Source: Solirubrobacterales bacterium (GTDB lineage Bacteria; Actinomycetota; Thermoleophilia; Solirubrobacterales; Solirubrobacteraceae). From it: a DNA stretch of 64,000 nucleotides. Shown one piece after another: positions 1 to 8,015 of the stretch. The notes beneath the pieces were generated by a model, which was given only the letters and a program-made list of their open reading frames with translations, was not told the origin of the DNA and did not search any database. How positions within the stretch are numbered: the stretch's first letter is position 1; the number at the start of each line of letters is the position of its first letter. Made by a program: the position numbers and the translations under genes. Location: assembly GCA_038199185.1 (NCBI GenBank), contig JBBPZE010000060.1, positions 5,066 through 69,065 of the forward strand, given 5' to 3'.

Positions 1-869
1 CGTTGCTCACCGGTGAGCGAGTCGACGTAGCCATGCACCAGTGCTGCGCGATCCTCTGGCAGCGGTCGGGCGACCCTTTCGAGCTCGTCGGGATCGAGCA
101 CTGCCACCAACGACCCGAGCGTCACCCGTTGCCCCGCCGCACGCAGCGTGCGCGTCGCCTGTGCGACGTAGCGCTGCGCCTGCCGAAGGTAGTGCGGCTC
201 GGTGTAGGTCTCGCCCGCCAGGGCCTTGTCGGCCAGCTCGGAGTCCGACCCGTGGGCGAAGGGGTTGTAGGAGTGCGGGCCGTCCGGCGTCCACAATGCG
301 AAGTCGCGCCCGTTTCGCTGCGCCGCGGCGTGCAGCTCGGAGACCAGCAGGGGGTCGCCCTTCGGATCGACACAGACGACCGCCTGGCCCGCGTCGATCG
401 CACGCGACAGCATCCAGGCCTGCGTCACGGTCTTGCCGGCTCCGGTAGCGCCGAGTACCAGTGTGTGCGTCACGCGCGCGCAGGTGGGCACGCGCACAGG
501 TTTGTGCTGCTGGTCGTGTCCGACGAGCATTCCGGCTGAGGTCACGGAGCGGCCGACGTTTCGCCGGGCGACGAGGCGGCGGGCAAACGCCAGCGGCCCG
601 GGCCGCGCCGCGAGTTGGGCAGCGACGTCGCCTCCGGCACGTCGGCGGTCGTGGGTCGAGCGCCACGCGATCGCCGAGCAGACCAGGACCGCGGCCGTGA
701 CGGTCGCACCCGCGATTGGGCTCAGCAGCCAGATCGGACTGACGGCGCCGAGGAAAGACAGCGGCCAGGTCCAGCGCACACCGAGATAGGGAAGTACGAA
801 TCCGAGGGTCCCCGCGACCAGAATGACCGCCGAGATCTTCACCAGCAGCGCCAGGTTGTCCGGCTCCAT
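1..869 (-). CDS. Type IV coupling protein (TraD/TraG/VirD4/TrwB-like conjugative DNA-transfer ATPase). The C-terminus runs off the left window edge. It is not in the supplied ORF track.
   Basis: Hand translation of the third minus frame from ATG at 869 gives MEPDNLALLVKISAVILVAGTLGFVLPYLGVRWTWPLSFLGAVSPIWLLSPIAGATVTAAVLVCSAIAW, which forms two hydrophobic helices. Further on are THTLVLGATGAGKT (Walker A, nt 429-452), AVVCVDPKGD and SYNPF. There is no stop down to nt 1. Listed ORFs 3..539(+) and 7..885(-) are Arg/Pro-rich off-frame artefacts. Confidence 0.8.
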   Translation of the reverse strand, partial: MEPDNLALLVKISAVILVAGTLGFVLPYLGVRWTWPLSFLGAVSPIWLLSPIAGATVTAAVLVCSAIAWRSTHDRRRAGGDVAAQLAARPGPLAFARRLVARRNVGRSVTSAGMLVGHDQQHKPVRVPTCARVTHTLVLGATGAGKTVTQAWMLSRAIDAGQAVVCVDPKGDPLLVSELHAAAQRNGRDFALWTPDGPHSYNPFAHGSDSELADKALAGETYTEPHYLRQAQRYVAQATRTLRAAGQRVTLGSLVAVLDPDELERVARPLPEDRAALVHGYVDSLTGEQ

Positions 870-912
870 CAGCTCGGCGAGCCATCCCCTCGGCGGGCCC
901 CCGGTCGCATGA

Positions 913-1659
913 TCAGGATGCTTTCTCATAAGGACCTCCGTTTGATGATTGGCGTCCGGCCCACGACAGCGGGCGGACCTCTATGACGTCCTCCGCCCGC
1001 ACGGCACGCATGGCCCGTTCGAGCGCCCGCGCCGGTGCTGGCGCGGCGTAGTAGCGGACGCGCGCGATGTGCCGGGCTCGCGCCCACGCTCGGCAGATCG
1101 CCTCCAGCCGCCGCGGCGACTTGACCGACAGCTCGACCTCGACTGCGATCGGCGCCCGCTCAGCCCCGCACTGCAGGACGAGGTCGGGGCGATGCAGCCG
1201 GTCGGACTGCCCGACGCGGACGCTGGCAATCAGCCGGCCGGACTCGAGCTCGGCGGCCCGTAGCTCGCGCTCGCTCCACACGGGTTGCCCGCTCGCTCCG
1301 AGCGCCGCGGCCAGTCGAGCGCAGGCCTGCCAATGAGCGAACTCGCCGACGCTCACCCGGCACGGACCAAGCTGCTCGAGTCCGGTCCAACGCAGCCCGC
1401 GCCGAGTGGCGACGTACAGCCCCGGCTCGCCGTGCAGCAGCCGCACCTGCTCGAGCAGCCCCGCCTCCACGGCCACCGCGAGGCGTCGGTAGCCGACCGT
1501 CCGGCCAAGGCCAAAGCGCACCATGACGTCCTCCGCTCCCGCAGCCCCGAGCCGCGCCACCCAGGCGACCATCTCGCGATCGCGCGCCGTCACCACTGGA
1601 GTGCCCCGCGAACCCTTCGCACCACCCTGCAGGGCGCGGATCGCCACTACCTCCCGCAC
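913..1659 (-). CDS. Replication-relaxation family protein: N-terminal winged-helix plus a PD-(D/E)xK-like C-terminal core, of the type found on Gram-positive conjugative plasmids/ICEs.
   Basis: 248-aa ORF. It contains TARDREMVAWVARLG...GYRRLAVAVEAGLL (wHTH-like) and HRPDLVL...IAVEVELSVK (D...E.K). It lies directly upstream of, and on the same strand as, the coupling protein. Family assigned from recalled pattern only. Confidence 0.6.
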   Translation of the reverse strand: MREVVAIRALQGGAKGSRGTPVVTARDREMVAWVARLGAAGAEDVMVRFGLGRTVGYRRLAVAVEAGLLEQVRLLHGEPGLYVATRRGLRWTGLEQLGPCRVSVGEFAHWQACARLAAALGASGQPVWSERELRAAELESGRLIASVRVGQSDRLHRPDLVLQCGAERAPIAVEVELSVKSPRRLEAICRAWARARHIARVRYYAAPAPARALERAMRAVRAEDVIEVRPLSWAGRQSSNGGPYEKAS

Positions 1660-1728
1660 TTCCTCCCTAGATGATGCTGTTTGGCTCCCTGAAATGCTTC
1701 TGCTTCCTACCGGTATCTCGACTGCTGA

Positions 1729-1861
1729 GGTCCACCGCCGTACCCACGATCACGATCTCTGCCTGACCGACCGCTGACCCCGTCACACACATCGTGTAGG
1801 GGCGGGGTCAGCGGTCGGGAGGGCCCACCCACGCCGGCATCCCGGGGGACGGCGGTGGACC
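1729..1861. repeat. Nested perfect inverted repeats in the divergent intergenic region. This is a candidate oriT or operator.
   Basis: Outer arms are ggtccaccgccgt (1729-1741) and acggcggtggacc (1849-1861). Inner arms are ccgaccgctgaccccg (1767-1782) and cggggtcagcggtcgg (1803-1818), with a 20-nt loop that itself contains acac/gtgt. The motif cacgatc occurs three times (tandem at about 1745-1757, again at about 1874-1880). Confidence 0.6.
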
Positions 1862-1983
1862 GTCAATCCACAGCACGATCCATAGGTCAGCCACCGACAG
1901 GCTTCGCGTGAACTTCGCCAGCCCAGACCCGTCGGCGCCAGCAACCGCCATGCAGTCCCCGGACATGCGATCTTTGCGCACGC

Positions 1984-4659
1984 ATGACGCTGCGAGAGAT
2001 CGAAGAGCGCGTTGCGGCGATCGAGCCGCGTCCAGGAGTCGAGTACCTGGGGGACCTACTGCTCGCCTACGGATTACCGCGGGCCTCGGTCTCTCGGCTC
2101 ATGTCGGGCACGTACGACAAGGCCGACACCGCCGACGAGCGGCTTTGGAAGGACAAGGTCTACTTTCGCTACATCGAGGGCCCCGACGAAGCCCTCTACG
2201 AGGCCATCGATGGCGCGCGCGGCGACGAGCGCGTGATCAAGCATCGGCCGAGGTTCCTGATCGTCAAGAACGATGGACGTCTGCTGGCCCGGGATCAAAA
2301 GGACGGCCAGACGCGCGACATCGAGGTCGGAGAACTCGCGTCGAACGTGACCTTCTTCGGCGCCTGGGCGGGGTTCGAGAAGACCCAGCTCGAGAACCTC
2401 AACTACGCCGATCGCAAGGCCGCGGAGAGGATGGCCAAGCTCTACGACGAGGTCATCAGGCACAACAGCATCGAGACCGATGACGCCATCCACGACCTGA
2501 ACGTCTTCTTCTCGCGACTCCTGTTCTGCTTCTTCGCTGAGGACACCGGGGTGTTCGAAACTGGTTCGTTCACCAACGCGCTCGGCTCCTACACACGGGA
2601 GTCGGGCGAGGACACACACAGCTTCCTCGACCAACTCTTCGAGGTGCTCGACACGGAACCCGCCGAACGCGCAGGACTCCCCGAGCACCTGGGCGCCTTC
2701 GGCTACGTCAACGGCAACCTCTTCGAGCGCCGCTGTCCGGCACCGCGTTTCTCGGCCAAAGCGCGCGCGGTCATCCTCGAGTGTGGGACGCTCGACTGGT
2801 CACAGATCAACCCCGACATCTTCGGGTCGATGATCCAAGCGGTCGTACATCCGGGCCAGCGGGCCGGCCTCGGGATGCATTACACGTCGGTCGAGAACAT
2901 CATGAAGGTGATCCGCCCGCTGTTCCTCGACGAGCTCGAGGCGTCCTTCGAGGCGGCCGACACGGTCAAGAAACTCGATGCGCTGCTGGCGCGGATCGCG
3001 GCGATCCAGGTCTTCGACCCGGCATCAGGCTCGGGGAACTTCCTGGTGATCGCGTACAAGGAGCTGCGCCGGCTCGAGCACCAGATCCTGCAGCGGACGA
3101 CCGAGCTCGAACCGCACCGCGCGGCGCTGTTCACCGACTCCCGGCTGCGGCTGGACAACTTCTTCGGAATCGAGATCGACGACTTCGCCCACGAGATTGC
3201 GATCCTCTCCCTTTGGTTGGCCAAGCACCAGATGAACGTCGCCTTCGAAGAGCTGTTCGGTGCGGAGATCCCGCTGATCCCGCTGCGGGAGGCGGGCAAC
3301 GTCGTGTGCGCGAACGCGACGCGGATCGAATGGACGGAGGTCTGTGATCCGGTCGGAGAGACCTATGTGCTGGGGAACCCGCCGTATGCCGGTTCGTCGA
3401 TGCAGAGCCCAGAGCAGAAAGCGGAGTTCGTGGACTACTTCGGCACCGCCAGGTATCCAAAGAACCTCGATTACGTCTCCCTCTGGTTCTTCAAGGGGGC
3501 CGAGTTCGTGAACCAAGGGCCCGACGTAGCGGTGGCGTTCGTCGCTACGAACTCGATCAGCCAGGGAGATCATGTAGGGCTGATGTGGCCGCGCGTGTTC
3601 GCGTCGGGCGGACAGATCTCCTTCGCGCACCAGTCATTCCGCTGGTCGAACCAGGCCCGGAGAAACGCCGGAGTGACTTGCGTGATCGTCGGACTGATCG
3701 CCAGAGGGCAACCCGTCAAGAACGTGCTCTACCTCGACGGCGTCCGCCGTGTCGTCCACGAGATCAGCCCGTACCTGACCGTGGGTGCGCGCGAGCTGAT
3801 CGTCCATTCCCGCCGACTTCCTCCGCCGGGGCTACCGCCGATGGTGTTCGGGAGCAAGCCCACCGACGGAGGGTTTCTGAACATGCTGCGTCAGGAGCGC
3901 GACGAACTCCTCGCCGCGGCGCCAGACGCCGCCCGTTTCATCCGGCGGTACGTGGGCGCTGCTGAATTGCTGAACGGTAAGGAACGCTATTGCTTGTGGA
4001 TCGAGGATCACGAAGCGGACGTTGCGGCAGGCATCCCATTGATCAGACGTCGGCTCGATCAGGTCGCCGCGGCGCGAAGGCGCGGGTCGACGACTGCCCA
4101 GGCCATGGCCGACAGGCCCTACCGCTTCCTGCAGCGAGCGCACAAGGCGACGAGCGCGATCGTTGTGCCCGAGGTCACCTCCGAGCGGCGCGACTACGTG
4201 CCACTCGACTTTGTCGGCCCCGAAACCGTCATCTCGAACAAGGCGTTCGCGATCTATGACGGTGACCCATGGCTCTTCGGCCTACTTCATTCGCGCATGC
4301 ACATGACCTGGGTCAGGGCGGTAGGCGGACGCATGAAGACAGACATCAGCTATTCCTCGATCCTCGTTTACAACACGTTCCCCGTGCCCGAGATCCCAGA
4401 GGATCAGCGCGCAACACTCACCCACGCGGCCGTGGCAGTGCTTGGGGCCCGCGAGCAGTTCTCTGGTCAGACCCTCGCCGAGCTCTACGACCCGGACAAG
4501 ATGCCCCCGGTCCTGCGCTCGGCCCATCGAAATCTCGACGACGCCGTCGACGCGCTCTTCCGCTCCAAGCCGTTCGAGTCCGACGCTGCACGGCTTGAGC
4601 TCCTGTTCGAAATGTACGAGTCGGCAACCCGCGACGAGCCGGCGACCGCCCATGCCTGA
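1984..4659 (+). CDS. MmeI-family (type IIG/IIL-like) N6-adenine DNA methyltransferase with target-recognition domain. The MmeI N-terminal D-x12-ExK nuclease motif was not found.
   Basis: 891 aa. Motifs read: RLLFCFFAEDTGVF, LDWSQINPDIFGSMIQ, GMHYTSVENIMKVIRPLFLDEL, VFDPASGSGNFLV (SAM motif I), LGNPPYAGS (motif IV), VATNSISQGDHV, LVYNTFPVP, LAELYDPDKMP. These are colinear with MmeI as I recall it. Confidence 0.85.
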   Translation: MTLREIEERVAAIEPRPGVEYLGDLLLAYGLPRASVSRLMSGTYDKADTADERLWKDKVYFRYIEGPDEALYEAIDGARGDERVIKHRPRFLIVKNDGRLLARDQKDGQTRDIEVGELASNVTFFGAWAGFEKTQLENLNYADRKAAERMAKLYDEVIRHNSIETDDAIHDLNVFFSRLLFCFFAEDTGVFETGSFTNALGSYTRESGEDTHSFLDQLFEVLDTEPAERAGLPEHLGAFGYVNGNLFERRCPAPRFSAKARAVILECGTLDWSQINPDIFGSMIQAVVHPGQRAGLGMHYTSVENIMKVIRPLFLDELEASFEAADTVKKLDALLARIAAIQVFDPASGSGNFLVIAYKELRRLEHQILQRTTELEPHRAALFTDSRLRLDNFFGIEIDDFAHEIAILSLWLAKHQMNVAFEELFGAEIPLIPLREAGNVVCANATRIEWTEVCDPVGETYVLGNPPYAGSSMQSPEQKAEFVDYFGTARYPKNLDYVSLWFFKGAEFVNQGPDVAVAFVATNSISQGDHVGLMWPRVFASGGQISFAHQSFRWSNQARRNAGVTCVIVGLIARGQPVKNVLYLDGVRRVVHEISPYLTVGARELIVHSRRLPPPGLPPMVFGSKPTDGGFLNMLRQERDELLAAAPDAARFIRRYVGAAELLNGKERYCLWIEDHEADVAAGIPLIRRRLDQVAAARRRGSTTAQAMADRPYRFLQRAHKATSAIVVPEVTSERRDYVPLDFVGPETVISNKAFAIYDGDPWLFGLLHSRMHMTWVRAVGGRMKTDISYSSILVYNTFPVPEIPEDQRATLTHAAVAVLGAREQFSGQTLAELYDPDKMPPVLRSAHRNLDDAVDALFRSKPFESDAARLELLFEMYESATRDEPATAHA

Positions 4660-6568
4660 CCTCGTCCGTGTCGAGTACGGCCAGGACGGTCGCAGCACGG
4701 CTACCGACGCGCTCGGCATGCGCGAGATGCAGACGCGCGCGTTCGCTGCACGTGACAGCCAATACCTGCTGATCAAGGCGCCGCCGGCCTCGGGCAAGTC
4801 GCGCGCGCTGATGTTCATCGCGCTCGACAAGCTGTTCCACCAAGAGCTGAAGAAGGTGATCGTCGCCGTCCCCGAACGCTCGATCGGCGCCTCGTTTGCT
4901 CCTACGCCGCTCACCGAGTCCGGCTTCTTTGCCAACTGGGAGATCTCGGACGAGAACAACCTGTGCACGCCCGGCGGGGACGCGAGCAAGTTCGCGGCGG
5001 TGCAGCGCTTCCTCGCAGGGCCCGACGCGGTGCTCGTCTGCACCCACGCGACGCTCCGCTTCGCCCACGACGCGATCGACGAGCGCCTGCTCGACGACAC
5101 CGTTCTGGCCATCGACGAGTTCCACCACGTCTCGGCGTCGGACGACAGCCGGCTCGGCGAGCTGCTGCGGTCGGTGATCCGCAACACCTCGGCGCACGTC
5201 GTCGCGATGACCGGCTCCTACTTCCGCGGCGACGCCGTTCCTGTCCTCGACGCCGAAGACGAGGCCCGCTTCACCAAGGTCACCTACAACTACTACGACC
5301 AGCTCAACGGCTACACGCACATGCGGTCGTTGGGGATCGGCTACCACTTCTATCAGGGCCGCTACACCGAGGCGATCGGGGAGATCCTCGACACCGACAA
5401 GAAGACGATCCTCCACATCCCGAGCGTCCAGTCGGGCGAGTCGACAAAGGACAAGCTGCGCGAGGTCGACACGATCCTCGACTCGATCGGCGTGTACGAC
5501 GGTCAGGACCCAACGACCGGCGTTATCCGCGTCCGTCGACCAGACGGCAAGCTGCTCAAGGTCGCCGACCTGGTCAACGACGACCCGGCCCAACGGCCAA
5601 AGATCGTCGAGTACCTGCGCACGATGCGCGAGCTCGACGACATGGACCTCATCATCGCGCTCGGGATGGCCAAGGAAGGCTTTGACTGGCCCTGGTGCGA
5701 GCACGCGCTCACCGTGGGCTACCGCGGCTCGTTGACGGAGATCATCCAGATCATCGGGCGCTGTACGCGTGACTCACCCAACAAGACGCACTCGCAGTTC
5801 ACGAACCTCATCGCCCAGCCAGACGCGGGCGACGAGGCGGTCAAGGTCGCCGTCAACAACATGCTCAAGGCCGTCACCGCCTCGTTGCTGATGGAGCAGG
5901 TGATGGCGCCAAACTTCAACTTCAAGACCAAGCGCTCGTCCGATGACATCTCAGGGCTCGGCGAGCTCAAGATCGGCGGCTTCAAGGAGCCGTCAAGCGC
6001 CCGCGTCACTCAGATCGTCGAGTCTGACCTCAACGACCTCAAGGCCCAGATCCTGCAGGACCCGACGATGCTCAAGGCGATGCCAGGGAACATCGACCCT
6101 GAAGTGATGAACAAGGTCCTGATCCCTCAGATCATCCGCGCGCGCTACCCGGACATCTCTGAGGCCGAGGTCGAGGAGGTCCGCCAGCACGTGGTCACGG
6201 ACTCAGTCGTCAAGAACGGCGAGGTCAAGGACGTCGGTGACAAGCGATTCGTTCTGATGGCGGGACGCTTCGTCAACATCGACGACCTGCACATCGACCT
6301 GATTGACACGGTCAATCCCTTCCAGAAGGCCTTCGAGGTGCTGTCGAAGTCGGTGACCAAGCAGGTGCTGAGGCTGATCCAGGACGCGATCGAGACGACG
6401 CGTGTCGACATGAGCGAAGACGAGGCGCTCCTGCTATGGCCGAAGCTTCAGGCGTTCGTGAGAACGAACGGAGATCGGCCTGACGTTCGCTCGGCTGATC
6501 CTCTCGAGCAACGGCTGGCCGGAGCCCTGCTGCTGCTTCAGAAGCAGAGGCGCGAGCAGAACCTGTGA
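4652..6568 (+). CDS. SF2 DEAD/DEAH-type helicase/translocase (restriction-subunit-like) with a ~260-aa helical C-terminal extension.
   Basis: Motif I IKAPPASGKSRAL, motif II AIDEFHH, motif III AMTGSYFRGD, motif VI QIIGRCTRD. The ATG at 4652 overlaps the methyltransferase stop (ATGCCTGA). The track start at 4442 lies inside the upstream gene. Confidence 0.85.
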   Translation: MPDLVRVEYGQDGRSTATDALGMREMQTRAFAARDSQYLLIKAPPASGKSRALMFIALDKLFHQELKKVIVAVPERSIGASFAPTPLTESGFFANWEISDENNLCTPGGDASKFAAVQRFLAGPDAVLVCTHATLRFAHDAIDERLLDDTVLAIDEFHHVSASDDSRLGELLRSVIRNTSAHVVAMTGSYFRGDAVPVLDAEDEARFTKVTYNYYDQLNGYTHMRSLGIGYHFYQGRYTEAIGEILDTDKKTILHIPSVQSGESTKDKLREVDTILDSIGVYDGQDPTTGVIRVRRPDGKLLKVADLVNDDPAQRPKIVEYLRTMRELDDMDLIIALGMAKEGFDWPWCEHALTVGYRGSLTEIIQIIGRCTRDSPNKTHSQFTNLIAQPDAGDEAVKVAVNNMLKAVTASLLMEQVMAPNFNFKTKRSSDDISGLGELKIGGFKEPSSARVTQIVESDLNDLKAQILQDPTMLKAMPGNIDPEVMNKVLIPQIIRARYPDISEAEVEEVRQHVVTDSVVKNGEVKDVGDKRFVLMAGRFVNIDDLHIDLIDTVNPFQKAFEVLSKSVTKQVLRLIQDAIETTRVDMSEDEALLLWPKLQAFVRTNGDRPDVRSADPLEQRLAGALLLLQKQRREQNL

Positions 6569-7737
6569 CGATCGACGCCGACACGCTCAGGGCGATGATC
6601 GCTGCGGACGAGCTCGGTCTGCTGGAGCTTCCGGTGAAGGTGCGGGCGATCACCACCGACGAGCGCCTGGCGGCGAACTTCGACGAGATCACCGAGTTCG
6701 TGCGTGCGCACGGCCGCGAGCCGGCGCCAGGCAGCTCCGACGTGGCCGAGATCAAGCTCCACGCCCGTCTCCAGGCGCTACGCGACCACGACGAGGCGCG
6801 CGAGGCGCTCGCCGACCGCGACGACTTCTCCCTGTTGGTCGAGCCCGAGGCGCCCGCCTCCGTTGCGCAGGCCGCGGCTGACGACCCCCTCGGGCTGCTC
6901 GATGCCGGAGCCGAAGACGTCTTCACTCTGCGCCACGTGCCGAAGGCACCCGCGGCACAGCCCGAGCGGGTGGCGCAGCGCAAGCCCTGCGCGGACTTCG
7001 AGCTCTTCGAGCCCTTGTTCAAGCGCTGTCATGTCGAGCTGCGCGCGGGCACCCGGAAGGTCGTCCGATTTCGCAACGAGCAGGAGATCCGAGAGAACGC
7101 GTTCTACGTGCACCGCGGCGTGCTGACCTATGTCGCAGAAGAGGGCGAACGTCGGATCGAGCACGGGCGCCCCAATGCTCGGCTGCGCTGCATCTTCGAG
7201 AACGGCACCGAGGCCGACCTGCTCCTGCGCTCCTTCGCCAGCCAGCTCTACCGCTTCGGCAGGCAGGTGACCGATCCGGACGAGGTGACCAACGACGCGG
7301 TGGAGATGCAGCTCGACGGACGGACCGGCTACGTCTACGTACTTCGCTCGCTGTCCGAGGACCAAGCGGTCCAGGCGATCCCCGACCTATACAAGATCGG
7401 GTTCACGACGTCGGACGTCGCGAAGCGGACGAGCGGTGCCCGCCGGCACGCGACGTTCCTGGGCGCAGCCGTCGAGGAGGTCTCCCTCTATGAGATGCCG
7501 GCAGCGATGGCTCGTGGGGTGGAGACCCTGCTGCACCGCTTCTTCGCGCTGGCGGGGATCGACGCGTGGTTCGAGCACGCCGGCGTCTCAACGGCAGAGG
7601 TCAGGGAGTGGTTCTCGGTTCCCCTGGGCGCGATCGATCAGGCGATCGACCTCCTGCAGGCCGAATCAATCGAGAACTTCGAGTACGACCCGGAGACGCG
7701 GACCATCCAGCTCAGCGGAGCTCGCGGCGGATCCTGA
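6565..7737 (+). CDS. T5orf172 / MUG113-type GIY-YIG-superfamily domain protein (putative nuclease) with an uncharacterised ~250-aa N-terminal region.
   Basis: The C-terminus reads GYVYVLRSLSEDQAVQAIPDLYKIGFTTSDVAKRTS...LLHRFF...REWFSVP. The GTG start overlaps the helicase stop (GTGA, 6565-6568). Confidence 0.7.
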   Translation: MTIDADTLRAMIAADELGLLELPVKVRAITTDERLAANFDEITEFVRAHGREPAPGSSDVAEIKLHARLQALRDHDEAREALADRDDFSLLVEPEAPASVAQAAADDPLGLLDAGAEDVFTLRHVPKAPAAQPERVAQRKPCADFELFEPLFKRCHVELRAGTRKVVRFRNEQEIRENAFYVHRGVLTYVAEEGERRIEHGRPNARLRCIFENGTEADLLLRSFASQLYRFGRQVTDPDEVTNDAVEMQLDGRTGYVYVLRSLSEDQAVQAIPDLYKIGFTTSDVAKRTSGARRHATFLGAAVEEVSLYEMPAAMARGVETLLHRFFALAGIDAWFEHAGVSTAEVREWFSVPLGAIDQAIDLLQAESIENFEYDPETRTIQLSGARGGS

Positions 7738-7757
7738 TCGCTGATCGGCTGCCCGGA

Positions 7758-7784
7758 CTCGGTATCCGAGGGGCCCGATACGAG
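7758..7784 (+). terminator. Hairpin cluster just after the T5orf172 gene stop. This is a possible operon boundary.
   Basis: ctcgg-tat-ccgag (7758-7770), then the gggccc palindrome and an imperfect outer pairing ctcggtatc/gatacgag. There is no U-tract. Confidence 0.3.
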
Positions 7785-8015
7785 CGTGGCGTCCACTTGG
7801 GCGCCCAGATAGGAGCGCGTCGGCATGCGCGCTTTGCATGGCAAGCGGAAGTAGGCGATCGAGGCGGCCTGGAGCGCCACCCCCGCCTGGCCACCCCGAC
7901 TGAACGGGCAAGCCGGCTCCGCGGCGCGCGACCGAGGCACCACGGCAACGACGTCGTCGCCGTCCGCGATCCTTGCCGGGTGGCCCAGGATCGCCCGCAG
8001 ATCGTCATCCCCGGC

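Noticed and set aside
3-885. Track ORFs 3..539(+), 7..885(-) and 41..448(+) at the left edge.
   Set aside because: Their composition is Arg/Pro-rich. The third minus frame, which is unlisted because it has no stop inside the window, encodes a clean T4CP with transmembrane helices and a Walker A motif.
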